Assembly (NCBI GenBank): GCA_965645245.1
Contig: OZ287087.1
Coordinates: forward strand, 620,001 to 684,000
DNA length: 64,000 bases
Reading direction: 5' to 3'
Source of the DNA: Massalongia carnosa
Taxonomy: Eukaryota
Shown here: positions 38,095 to 49,664 of the stretch, piece by piece
How positions within the stretch are numbered: position 1 is the stretch's first letter
Layout of the letters: every line of letters starts with the position of its first letter
The notes under the pieces: model-generated
Seen by the model: only the letters and a program-made list of their open reading frames with translations
Told to the model about the DNA's origin: nothing
Databases searched by the model: none
Made by a program: the position numbers and the translations under genes

Positions 38095-39689
38095 ATACCT
38101 CGTATCAGCTGCAAAGTACGGCTCGAAAGAGATTTGCGTTGTCTTTACTTTCTACATGATGCTACTGCATCATTATCGGATGAATCGGATGAAGCATTGA
38201 ATTTCTTACTTCTAGCAGAAGAAATTCAAGAACATCGTTATTTAACTCCTCGATTATTTGTTCCCAAATCCAATTGGGCGTCAGCTGTCCTTCCTAACCT
38301 TTCGGATGATCGATTCCGAAGTCTGCTACGCATGAATTGCTTTTCCTTTGATCATGTTCTCGGCTTAATTCGAAATGATCCCGTCTTTTTCAATAAATCT
38401 CGTGTCCCTCAAGCCTCCGTGGAACATCAGCTAAAATACGCTCTTTTTAGAATGGGACATGACGGTAATGCCAGTGGATTCCTTCCTACAGCTACCATGT
38501 GGGGAATATCAGAAGGGCATGTTTTTGACTGCACCAAACGGGTGATAGAAGCACTGTGTCGGCTAAAGAATGACTTCGTTCAATGGCCCAGTGAAAGAGC
38601 TAGGATAAGAGAAAGTTTGACCAATAATCAGAGACAAGATGGATTTATCTGTGTCGTTGGCAAGGTGGATGGTACCGACGTTATTCTACACACAAAACCA
38701 GGTGGTAAATACGAAGGCGAGCTATTCTTCAACAGAAAAAAGAGATACGCGATGGATTTGTGTGCCGTATGTGACTCGAATAAAAGGTTTATTTACTTTC
38801 TCAGTGGATGGCTAAATTCTCAGCATGATCAGCGTATATTCGCCTCAGGTGATTTATGCCGGAATCCCGCCTTTTATTTCTCTCCCGGTCAATATCTATT
38901 GGGTGACAGTGCCTATACGAATTCCACGTATATGGTGACTCCTGTGACGGTTCAACCAGGATGTGAAATTGACTATCTACTGGGAAGCTATGCACTAGAA
39001 AATATCAAAGATGCAGAAATGAAACAAGCAAAGGGTGCCCTCTCTAGGAGTCTATATAGATAAACGCTTGGCCCGATCCAACTGCTTGTGTCTTCATCAG
39101 TAAGTGAATAGTTTGGTCAAACAGTATTTCTGTTCTTTGTCCCTTTCATCCATTTATGTTTGCTTTAGAAGGTCGTTCCGATGCGTCCCTTTCAGTCCTT
39201 TCAGACCTCCGTTGATTGCCCCTATGATTGCTAAAAGGGTTGAGTAACGGAAGCGGTTAGTGTGCCGGGAGATGCCGCACTTTACTTTGATTGGCCTTGG
39301 GTAGATGTGGTTGAACCGTGACAACTCCATACAAGGCACCGCATACTAGAGATCCGGATATTCGTCGATTCAACAAAAGACTGTCACGAATTCGTATAGA
39401 CATAGAACATACATTTGGAATTCTGAAAGGAAGATGGAAAAGTCTGACCGGGCTCTGAATTCGAGTCAGGGACAAGAAAAGCTATACCTACGTAATCAAA
39501 TGGATAACTGCATGTGTGGTGCTTTATAACATTCTTCAAGCAATTCGAGATGAGTGGAATAAAGAAGAAGGATGGTGGACAGAAGAAGAAGAAGCACATG
39601 ACGAAGAATTGAAACAGCTAATCAGCAGTCAAATGACTGAAGATCTGATCACAAGAGATCAGGTTAAACGATTGGTCATCGGCAGTTAA
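38095..39689 (+). pseudogene. Harbinger DDE transposase (HARBI1-like), split by a solo LTR
   Basis: GKVDGT, SQHDQRIF, YLLGDSAY, then after the LTR TPYK...RIDIEHTFGILKGRW; probable start ATG->ATA and an internal TGA. Confidence 0.9.
38943..39323. mobile_element. Solo LTR (381 bp)
   Basis: tgtgacggttcaacca...tggttgaaccgtgaca (15/16 terminal IR), TSD actcc. Confidence 0.92.
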
Positions 39690-39709
39690 GATGACTAGTG
39701 ATTGATCTC

Positions 39710-41886
39710 ATACAACCCTAGTTGTCATTTCATTTCTTCCATTTGAAAGACTAGCATTCATTTGATTTGATGTCGTCTGATTTCCTAGTCTTAATTGGTC
39801 GCTCCCTCCCCTTCTTATTACCGCCCCCTCCTCTCCTGTTGGGGCTGGTTCTGAGAATTTCTATTGACTAGGTTTTCCTACAAAATTTCTAGACGAAGTT
39901 TCGAAGCTTCGTGGGTGGGATGCTATTTATCCCCTTTCCTCGTGACCTAGTTCTAGCCCTATTAGCTTTAGAAGTCTCGGACCTATCCGTAGTTGCCCAT
40001 TTTAAAGTTGAATCATGATTCTGTCCTGTCCTTGAACTTACCTGAGGTTCATTGAACTTATGTCAATGACTGGTTGGGAATTGAACTAATGTTCCTAGGA
40101 ATTGGATTGGATGATCAAGATGTCTTTATTAATGAGGCTATAGCTAGGAGGTGGTTTGCTATACAAGACGTCGGACGAGGAGTCAACTATCTACTGGCTA
40201 TGTCCTCTTTTTATACCTGAGCCGGCCCCTTCTTTCTCATGTTTTACCTTCACCCTAGATGAGAGATTTTGGTGATGGTGGCGGCGATAAGGTGGAGCGA
40301 TAAGTGGGCCAGTGGATAGGATTGCTCTAGCGATAAGAGGGTATAGTGGAGTGAGGAGATTGATGGAGTGGAGTAAGGGGTTTATTCAGACTCATACCGA
40401 GGATGAATCTGAATAGGCTTTCAGCTGGCTTTTACCTCGATCGCCGCTTGGCGGTTCGGGGTAATCAATTAGGTTTTAACTCAAACTTTATTTCATGACA
40501 ACTTACTCATTAGCCTCATTTCTCAGGTTGGGCCCTGACACCGCTAAATCCTTTGAAAGGGGGCATGTAGCTTGTTTGAGAAAATGGGGGTTCTGATATC
40601 AAGAGAGGAATACTGGTATCAAGAGGGGGGTTTATGGTATAAAGAGGGGGGTACTGGTATTAAAAGGGGGGTGTTGATAGTAATTCCCTTCTTATTATCC
40701 CATCCTTTCTTATTTACCCCCTCCGTCATCCTTTTCTATTCACCTCCTCTCCCCTTTCTTATTATTCTTTATCTTCCTTCCGGATTAAAAAGTAGGCATC
40801 TTTAAAAAAAGGTTAGCTAGTTCAAAATCGAAGTTTAAATCAACTTACCAATTCTTTTGAGTCTTCTCCAACTCAATTTGTAGCCTCATCATCTTTTCCT
40901 CGTGTTGCATTCTACTTATGGCAATCCTTTCTTCCTGTTTGAGACAAATCTCTTTGTGATGTTGATCTCTTTAACTGGTTTCAGCATTAAACCGCTTTTG
41001 AAGTTGAATTTGTTCGAATTCAAAGTGTTTACTGAAGTCATTGGACTTCATGATCTGCACCTCAACAAAGGCGTCTGCCACGGATCGGACTTTTTCCCGT
41101 CTGAATCCTCGTTTGGTAATGACTTTTGACCGCGTGTCATCACTGTCCGAATCTATCTCCAAAGGTCGTTTACGATAGCCACGACCAGGTGTAGGTGTAA
41201 TTTTTTCAGTACCAGAGTCAGGTGTGACTTTTTTATTCCTGAGTGCATACTTTTCTTTGGCACGTTTAAACAAATCAGTCTTTGATTTTGAGATATCATC
41301 TTCTAGTCAATAACCAGCATCAGATAACTGCCTATTCATGTCGCTATCACCGTCTTGAGCCCGTTTTTCATAGTCCTCCTCATCGATGTTTTCAACTTCC
41401 GTATCTTCCGCATCTTCTTTTCCTTCAGCGGTACCAGGTCTTTCGGACTCCATTATGTAGGGTGAAGTGATAGTGGGAAGATCTCCTATAATCTCTTCTA
41501 ACTCGTAGTAGAAAGGGCATTTCTTAATCAAGACCTCCTTGATGGTTATTCCCCGCGTGTTTTCCGCCACTACCTTATGTTTTGTTTGATCTACCCCTAT
41601 CCCGTCTGATCCGCGAGGGCCCTGGTTTCTTTGAAAGATTGAATCATTTGGGCGACTTTATCTCTGTCTTTTTCCTTGGATACATCGGGTCGTTGAGCAC
41701 TCAGTCCAGACTCAAACAGCATTCTTCTACAAGCTTCTACCTTGTTTTCTTTTGATAGAGATTGAGATTGACGGAAATACCTCGATCGTTTCTGGTACAA
41801 AGCCATTGAATGACTAGTTGAGTGTCTTCATCTTTCCAACGGATATTAGGACCTCGAGATCGAGTTGGAAGAGTGATGGACGTCAT
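39710..41886 (-). pseudogene. Harbinger Myb/SANT-like accessory protein
   Basis: W-x-D-E-D-T-x-L-x-x-W start, KKCPFYYELEEIIG motif, coiled-coil C-terminus; last intron expanded by ~1 kb of insertions; stops and frameshifts. Confidence 0.75.
40061..40500. mobile_element. Solo LTR (440 bp) nested in another LTR-like fragment (~39837-40540)
   Basis: tgtca...tgaca with TSD actta; host fragment shares ctcggNcNtatccgtagttgccc with LTR 49665-50188. Confidence 0.8.
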
Positions 41887-42304
41887 GTTTAATGATTAGG
41901 AATGATCAAGATGAGATGATAATAATTGAGTTAAAATAAACCAGTTAAGATAACCTAAATAACGTGACTCAGCCCTACTTTTCGAAAATTAAAACCTGAA
42001 AACCTGAAATTCCGGACTCATGAGACCGGAATTTCAGGTTTTTAGGTTTTAATTTTCGAAAAGTAGGGCTGAGAATTTATATCTAAATAGGTTTAATGTG
42101 CTTACATAAAAAACCTGAAACCCTGAAAACCTGAAAACCTGGCCAAAAAAGCTCAACCGTGAAAACCCCTATTGCATGATAATTGTTGAATTTAATAACC
42201 GAATTCATATGTAATTATTTGAATAAAGAAAAGAACTCAACGTGAATAAACGACTTTGTTAATTCGTTCGTTAAGATGAGGATAATTTTAAATTCATACT
42301 CCAA

Positions 42305-42500
42305 TGATTCCTCGGCCGTAGGCCGGCTCATGCTGGCAAAGCTATCTAAATTATGTTACATGGAAAACCTTTTCAGATGTAAAAATCTATTTCTTGATAC
42401 CTGTTCGATGTGACATCGGGTCGACGTCGGAAAGGAGAAGCAGAGCGAAAATATTGTGAAAACTATGACGCCTTGTATAACGGGTGAGTAATAGTAGGCC
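42305..42500 (-). mobile_element. Tad1-like LINE 3' UTR fragment
   Basis: cggccgtaggccggctcatgctggcaaagctatctaa...aaaacctt, homologous to 51655-51800. Confidence 0.7.
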
Positions 42501-42769
42501 TACACAAGTGGTAGTGATAATTGTCTTGATGTCTAGCTAATAGCTAAGCTAAATAAAAAAGACGAACATAAAAAAGAAAACAGCAATTACTACAATGATT
42601 TTCATATAACTCCTTGACCCCTGTGACGAAGCGAGATAGTGAATAGATTTCTACCATTGCGCCACCTGTCCTCCCGGCCAAAAGGCACAATACTTAGTCC
42701 GCAGACCAAGCTCTATTCTACTATAACTGGGACTCCTGCTATGTTCGCTGTAGGTCTTGCCGTCCGTAC

Positions 42770-43237
42770 TGTAATAGGGTAGGCCTAGTATGCGTTCGTT
42801 GAACGTAAGACTGGCCTTATGTGGCTATGTGGGATACGTACAGCCAAAACAGCCACCAAGACAATAAGGTCCCGCCTAACCCAGTTAGGCATAGTGTGGG
42901 GACTCAACTTATTATGGAGGTGTTTTCGTAGTACACGAAGTATCCCCTCGCCTCGCCTCACCTCCCCTAGCTCGCCTGCCTAGTCTCATCTATCCAAGTG
43001 TTTCGGTGACCGAAAATACAAGGTAGTATGGGCAAGGTACGGAAGAAGAGCTTAGGTTGTGGATTGTCCTATTCTATATAGATCAATGATGAAGCACTTC
43101 AAAAGGGTAGCATTTAGTCTACCCTTTGACCCGACCCTACCTATTTGTACCTCTATTGTGACCATCACGTTGTGTAGCCTCTGTGAATCCCGTCTTCCAG
43201 TAGTGAATGCCTGCTGGGAGAAGGTCTCCCCGTTTCA
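42770..43237 (+). mobile_element. Solo LTR of the same family as Gypsy 53912; no TSD
   Basis: Near-identical to 53912-54395; flanks cgtac/gaaaa differ; preceded by a truncated LTR-like start tgtgacg at 42622. Confidence 0.92.
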
Positions 43238-43486
43238 GAAAATATATCGAGAACATTTAATATATGTATTCATCATGACAAGAATTGTATTATAAAGATA
43301 CGTCTTGTGGGACAGAATATTGATGATGGAAGACCTTGATTTGCTACAACAGAATTTTCGGCTGACTATATACAATGGGTAGGGCTGAGCACGTGAGATC
43401 AAGCTCGCTTAGTAGATGTACCAAGTCTGACACGTCTATATCACCTGAAATCCCAACTGACCTCGCACCCTGACAATTAAATCAAT

Positions 43487-44773
43487 TCATCTCAGCGTCT
43501 CATTGATCAGACAAGCAACCCGTCTTAGGTCTTCTCTATCTCGTCCACCCCATACCAGGTCAGTTATATTCAACAGCACATCAATACTTATTGCGGAAAT
43601 CAAGACTACCTGTCCAGAATCGATCAATTGCGAAAGAAGGTCGTATACCTCATTAGTAGCTCCACGATACTGAAATGAACCAAATTCGGCATAGGGCAGT
43701 CGTAGCCGTTGATAAAAATGACCAGACAATAAACAAAGTGGCATCGAGCCTGTAAATCTCGGATTCAGGTCAACAACCCACTGCTTCCCGTCCTTATCAA
43801 TAACAATATCCACTCCAGCCCAGCCGACGAAAGATGTAGGTAGACGCTGAGTTGTTTCACGCACAGTGTCCCGTAAAAGAATCTCCAGTTCTATTTGCGC
43901 ACTATAGTCGATAGAGCCGCCTGTCCAGTGTCCATTTTCTGTCAGGTTTTGTACCGTAACACCCAAGAATAAGGGGTTATCTCGATTCTTTTTATCCTCG
44001 AGAGCGCCAACAAGAAAATGAACACTCAAATCTTGTTTAAAATCAATGTATGCCGAAACTAGAACTTCTTTGCCACCCCTTTCCTTGTACTTGGTCATGG
44101 CTTCAAACATGTCCCTCCGACGATCTTCGGTAGTGATGATATATGTCCCAAAACCAGAGCCGGCAAGACAAAGCTTTACCACGAAGGGCATGTGTTTGCG
44201 GGATAAGATAGAAGAATCAATATCATCCATCAAGCTGACTATTTCCGAGGTAGGAGTTTGAATGCCGGATGATATTAGGAATCGCTTCGAATTCATTTCG
44301 TATGACATGTTTGTCTCAATCAAGCAATGATGCTTCAACATCCATCCTTGAGGACGCCAGTAAAGTAAAGTTCGTCCTTCGGTGACTTCTTGAAGCTTTT
44401 CCCGGACATTTCCACCATCTAGGTCGATATACCGTGGTTGAAACCGCTGCTCTAGGGGCAGCTGACTCAAAATACGCTCTATATTGTCCGCTGTGACATT
44501 AGGCTTGAACAGTATCACGTCCATATTTCCAAGAGCGAAGGACCTTCGCACAGGTTTCAAACCAAGAATAGTCCTTTTCAAGCGTGCTAGCTCTTCTTCG
44601 TTTCCGCCATACGGGACTGGTTCTTCGTCTTCTGGGTAGACAGTCTCTCTGGAAAGCTCAGGATGAAGGTCCAGATGTCCAAAGACACAATGCGTCGTGG
44701 CTATGAAGCGGCCGTGGATCCCATGATCACGATACAAGTCCGCCACAGTAGTATCAAGCCGTGTTGAGATCAT
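43487..44773 (-). CDS. ATP-grasp domain protein (putative amide/peptide ligase)
   Basis: Intronless ORF, first ATG at 44773; NSKRFL, PFVVKLCLAGSGFGTYII, GWAGVDIVIDKDGKQWVVDLNPRFTGS are ATP-grasp motifs. Confidence 0.88.
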   Translation of the reverse strand: MISTRLDTTVADLYRDHGIHGRFIATTHCVFGHLDLHPELSRETVYPEDEEPVPYGGNEEELARLKRTILGLKPVRRSFALGNMDVILFKPNVTADNIERILSQLPLEQRFQPRYIDLDGGNVREKLQEVTEGRTLLYWRPQGWMLKHHCLIETNMSYEMNSKRFLISSGIQTPTSEIVSLMDDIDSSILSRKHMPFVVKLCLAGSGFGTYIITTEDRRRDMFEAMTKYKERGGKEVLVSAYIDFKQDLSVHFLVGALEDKKNRDNPLFLGVTVQNLTENGHWTGGSIDYSAQIELEILLRDTVRETTQRLPTSFVGWAGVDIVIDKDGKQWVVDLNPRFTGSMPLCLLSGHFYQRLRLPYAEFGSFQYRGATNEVYDLLSQLIDSGQVVLISAISIDVLLNITDLVWGGRDREDLRRVACLINETLR

Positions 44774-45179
44774 GACTAGTTCAAAGACGCTAGGAGGCAA
44801 CTATATTTTATAGCATAACTATGACAAGTATGCCGAGGAAAATGAAGAAAGTGAGTGTATGTGAGAAAAAGGTCTTTGATAATTCTGAAGAAAAGTCGAG
44901 GCTTCCAGGGCCGCAGTAATTGTGCTAAGACATCGGATTCATATCGAGAGATGACACAGCGGCTATTATGCGGGGTGTCAGAAGTGTTCGGATAGAGTTA
45001 GGCGAGAACTTTTTTAGTTTTGAAAAGCAAACAATCATCTTTCAATTCGTCATGTCATCATCACGTTACGTCAAAACTACACGCAAAAGAAGTAGTCCGT
45101 CATAATTAGAATTGAAATGTACGATATGAATCTCGTCGACGTCTTCGGTAATTCGAGGGCTCCATCGTGTCAGCTCAAC

Positions 45180-45485
45180 ATATACATAATTTCTATCTAT
45201 GTTTGGGCAACTCTCCCCTCGCAGCTGCCCTGCTGGCGCTCAGTTTTGCTGAGGGCCCCTCCTATAATGGCTTTTTTTTGGCAGCAGTGAGGGGGAAAAC
45301 TCCATCTACCTATGCGGCTGATTCAGGGAGTGGGTCGGTGGGCAAAAGACCTTTTGGTGCTGAACTCCGAATCAATGGTGATGATGAGGAGAAGAGTGCC
45401 CAAAAGGCCACCTATTTATGCCCTTTCTCTCCCTTGCTTGTCCATTTTGGACATCATCCTCCTTTGTCCTTCGGCCTTCGTCGGC
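45180..45485 (-). mobile_element. Probable 3' end of a non-LTR element
   Basis: GC-richer island with long stem (cccctc-c-gctgcc...ggcagc-gtgagggg) next to an AT-rich tail; no coding motif. Confidence 0.3.
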
Positions 45486-45936
45486 TGTTCGCGGCCTGCC
45501 TCCACTCGGTCCCGGCATTACCTTTCGCCTTAGCCGAATTACTTTAATATTATACACGAAAAGTTTTCACAATGAAATCGTTTCATCATAAGAAACATTT
45601 TGAGAAAGACTACAACACGCGACGATCACAAATCGAAAGTACGATCTGATCGATTCAAAATAATCACAACACGAGAAAATCATCATTTGATACGAGCAGC
45701 GATTAGAATAAATCGAGGTCAAAAAATAGTCGAGGATAGATGTCTTCTCAGAATTCTTTTGATGGCCACGAGACTCAGTTACCCTGCGCAGCTTGTGCTT
45801 GTTCTCGAAAGGCTCACACGATTCACATTGGAGCCTCGAAGAACTAGTGCATTGGAGATGATCAAACAAGCATCGTTTTCAAATGAGCCATGCCGTATTT
45901 AAAGGCGTATCTAGAACTATTTCATTGTTCATGAAC

Positions 45937-47403
45937 TCAGACACTTTCAACCAGAGACAGGACCTCAAAGGCGCTTCCAAATGCCAATGACCATCCTCCG
46001 ATCCCATGTCCGTAAGCGTGAATCACCTGGCTAGGCTGATCATTCTTCACTCTCGACTCCCTTTGAACCCTAACGTCGCCCTTCCGGAGCGGTCTCAGCC
46101 GTTGGGCCATGTCATACTCGGGATCGAGGCGAGCGTTCTTTAGCTGAGGTACGAACCTTTCACATTTTTCACGCATTTCGATCATAGCAGGTGAGTCGAG
46201 CTTTAGTTCATACGCCTCCTCGTCCATCTCGATGAAAGTGCCAAGAATAAGCGTGTTGTCATTGCGCGGTACTATGAAAACAATGTTGTAGTCCTCAGGA
46301 TCTGGAGTGTTCACAACCATTGCGTGCTCGATCTTGGCGAATTGGCTGCCATCGTTGACCACTCGAAGCAGACCGCCTTGACCCGCATGCACATTCGGAT
46401 CAGATGCCAACTCGCGTGCACCCAAACCGGAGGTATTGACGATAATGTCGGCGTCATACTTCGCGCGGATCTCGCTTTCGTGTTCCCAAAGATCTCCTTT
46501 GACAATTCCGGCGACTAGTTTAGCTCCTTTGCTTTCAACAATCTCCATCAGGAAAGACATGGCCTGGTCGGTGTCGATTACTGGAGATATGTGCTCGAAG
46601 GCATCGGCTGCTCCGTAGCCAGAATTGTCATACTCCTGGATCAGGTTCGCATCATGACGGAAGCCAGGAATGCCTGCCTTCTCAATGGCCTGGACTCGTT
46701 CGTACTCGACGTCGTGCATCTTGATAGGGACGGGAAAACATGAAAGGTTCTTCCGAAGCTGCACGCCGTATCGGTTTGCTAGATCCGAATCTGTAGCCAG
46801 ATCGTAATAGACGTCGTAACTGTCCAAAGCCCAGTTCCGGATTCGATCGACGTTATTCGCAGAGATTCTCGGCCCACACGGCGCGGACGGGAACTCCCAT
46901 AGTGCACCGCTAATTTGCGAAGTGAGCCGTTGGGCTTTGGTGTAGGTGGCCCAATCCTGTGAGACGACCGTAACTTTATAACCTTGGTCAAGCAATATCC
47001 ACGAGGTTGTAAGTCCAGCAACTCCTCCGCCCACTACCAAAACGTGCCGGGCAGTTAATCCTGCTGGCTTGACCGGATTCGGGGAAGCCGAGAAATCTTC
47101 TCCAAAGCGACGTCTCGGATGCTTGTTCAGCGGGGACATGTCTCCTATGGCCTGTGGGGGAGGGAGGGGAGGAGGCGATGATAGATTCAAAAACCTTTGG
47201 CCGGTAGGAGTATGTTGAGGATTTGGGACTTTCGCAGGGTCTGGAATCATGCCCTTATAACATGATTGCGGGGATTCTTGAAACACATCGCGGCCTCGCC
47301 AAATCGTAGGCGGGGTTCGAAAATGGTCGACCACCTCCTAAGGACAAATACATATAGGATTATATTCTCTCAACAAGTCGATTAACGCGTCTAAAGAGAT
47401 CAT
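45937..47403 (-). CDS. FAD-dependent oxidoreductase, D-amino-acid oxidase (DAO) family; possible premature stop at codon 22
   Basis: VLVVGGGVAGLTT Rossmann motif, TSQISGALW, IVNTSGLGA, FIVPRND, LRPLR, HAYGHGIGGWSLAFGSA; ATG 47403 is in frame but followed by TAG at 47338-47340; alternative ATG at 47250. Confidence 0.85.
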
Positions 47404-48263
47404 CTGACTAAGATGTATGATGAAGAGATGCATGAAATGGAATGAGGCAGTACTATATGATGCAAGTAATAAATCTAGTACACGACGTGACTGGATAGAT
47501 GATTAGAGATTTGTTTTACATGGCAGAGCGAAGAAAAACTTCGACGCACCCCTCCATATGGAGCACCCACCGACTAATATCGAACCGAAACCGAGATTTT
47601 TCGGAGCACTCTTCAATGACGCTGCTCCGGGTCGCATTTTAAACTCATGCACTCGTCACCAGTCAACTCGACATGTGGGTGAAAAAAAAAGACCATGTGG
47701 GAACCGTTTACACCGCCTACTATTTTACTTCATTTTCATTCTCTTTCCTCGTTTCATCGCTATATTTGAAATGAATGCCTCGATGATCTCACTATGATAC
47801 GCCTCAGAAGATTAACGTACAGGAAATTTATAAATTTCTTGTTGCGAAAGGAATTCCACACGATAGAGTATTTGTAAGAGGTTCACTCGATTCAGCCTGA
47901 ACGGAGTGATATTAGTGATATTTCCAAAGAATATACCGTTGAGCGAAAAACAGAATACAGTTACGTAAAAACACCCTAGAGCAAGGAAGTAACAACTACA
48001 CCAGGGATATGCTAGAGCAAGAGAGCCAGTAAATACCGCTTCGTCATCAGTGACTAATTGTTCATCAGAGGATCGCGCTAAGAATAACTAGTACGGAAAT
48101 TCTCATCACTCATCATATATGTAAGACAGTCAAACTTTCTTACAATTAGATCCCTCGCAGTTAAATTATTAGTAACTCAAAAGAATCCTTTTTGAATAAT
48201 CATAATTTAACTTATACTTGATTGCGCAACTTATTTCTATTGATTATAAACACGTTGCGTTAA

Positions 48264-49503
48264 TGTAATGAGCTACGAGACCAGTAAGCTAATCACGAGC
48301 GACACTGATCTAGAAAGGGGAAATGCTCAGCGTGAGAGGTGGAAGATAGCTACTACGTACTGGTCTCCGAGAGTATACGTGATCCAAAGAACTAATGGAT
48401 GTGAAAGTGCTTGGACCAAGAGATCTCGTCCGAGACCCAAACGTAGGTTGTTCATAGAATAAAGACTAATTGCTAACGAATACTACAGGATTCGTTCTGG
48501 TATTTATCCTACTTACCCCAAGCCTATAGCCTTGGGAGCCTTGGAACCTTAGGAGCCTTGCAACCCACATCTGACCTTATCGCCTTACATCCAACCATCC
48601 CTCAGGATCCATCTACGAACTCGGCGTTCGCTGGATCATCTAGTCAGCCTCGAGCAGCCTTCTAGACCTTCCCTTGCAAGGTAGAACACTTCTACCTCCG
48701 GCTAGATCCCTCACTACATTGCTAGCCCGCCTCTAAACATAAAGTCTAGACGCCGAGGCTATGTAGCTTCATTTCGCCGCCACCACTACCAACGTAGCGA
48801 TAGAAGGTTACCGCCGACTGAATCTCTATCTACACTGCGGACCTGCCTCTAGACACAAGGTCTAGACCACAAGGTCATGTAGGTTCATTCAGCCGACATC
48901 ACTACCAACGTAGCAATAAAGGTGGAAGCTGAAGTTTACACCGGGGAGGCCGAGCTCAAGCTGCGTCCAGCTAGCCGTGCCTCCTGCTACAACTCTTGAT
49001 CCATCAAGAGATCGAGTAGCTCCGAGTAGGCTAGTAGATTCCATATAGAGCTCACGGCTAGTCTCCACAGGAGTTCGCCTTACTCCATGGCAATCTACCA
49101 CCGCGGCCTCGGCAGGTGTTTGATTTGTAAGCAGTCTAGAACGTAGTAACAACTAATTCGGAGTTGTGTGGCAAGGTGGCTGTCAGGCAGCTTGCCCTGA
49201 TATTATTCAGTAGCTATGAACTAGAATTTAACTACAATGAAGGAAAGAAAAGAATAATCATCGCTAAACTCCTAAACATAATCTACCGTGGTGCGCTAGC
49301 CAGTCAAGCGACGCGCGCTACTGCTTAGGCGAGTCACACTGTCCCGTGACCACCAGAGCATGTCGGGTCAGGCCAGGACCCTGACAGTGGCGTCGTGTCA
49401 GCCTCGACGGCTATGTGACTAAGTACTACGGCTTGGCTCATGCTAGTTACTCCCGCAACCGCCGTAGGCGATCACGTATCCCTCTAGCGCCATCCGTATT
49501 ACA
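48264..49503. mobile_element. Large solo LTR (~1.03 kb without the nested LTR)
   Basis: tgtaat...attaca with TSD gttaa. Confidence 0.85.
49181..49386. mobile_element. Nested solo LTR (206 bp)
   Basis: tgtcagg...cctgaca with TSD gtggc. Confidence 0.88.
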
Positions 49504-49664
49504 GTTAACGGTACAGATATCTACTAATTAAGACTACGTTGCACAACGGATCGGATTGGATCGGGTTTTGACTAGTCGAATCCGACCCGGTACCGAGATG
49601 GGAAACCGCTTAACAGTAACTAATTAAATACGGAGACCGGACCCGGGCTAACAGATTTGAGTCG

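Larger units (their letters stand above)
37891..42170. mobile_element. PIF/Harbinger DNA transposon with two convergent genes
   Basis: TIRs aggggKtttcacgKttga, 3-bp TSD att, subterminal aaaacctg repeats, DDE nuclease plus Myb/SANT-like gene. Confidence 0.9.

Noticed and set aside
38943..39063. C-terminus of the 309-aa ORF 38134-39063
   Set aside because: Read-through into the solo LTR; the true transposase continues at 39329
47330..47345. AGGAGG next to GTG as a bacterial Shine-Dalgarno start for the DAO gene
   Set aside because: The motif overlaps the GTG with no spacing, and an in-frame upstream ATG frame explains the region
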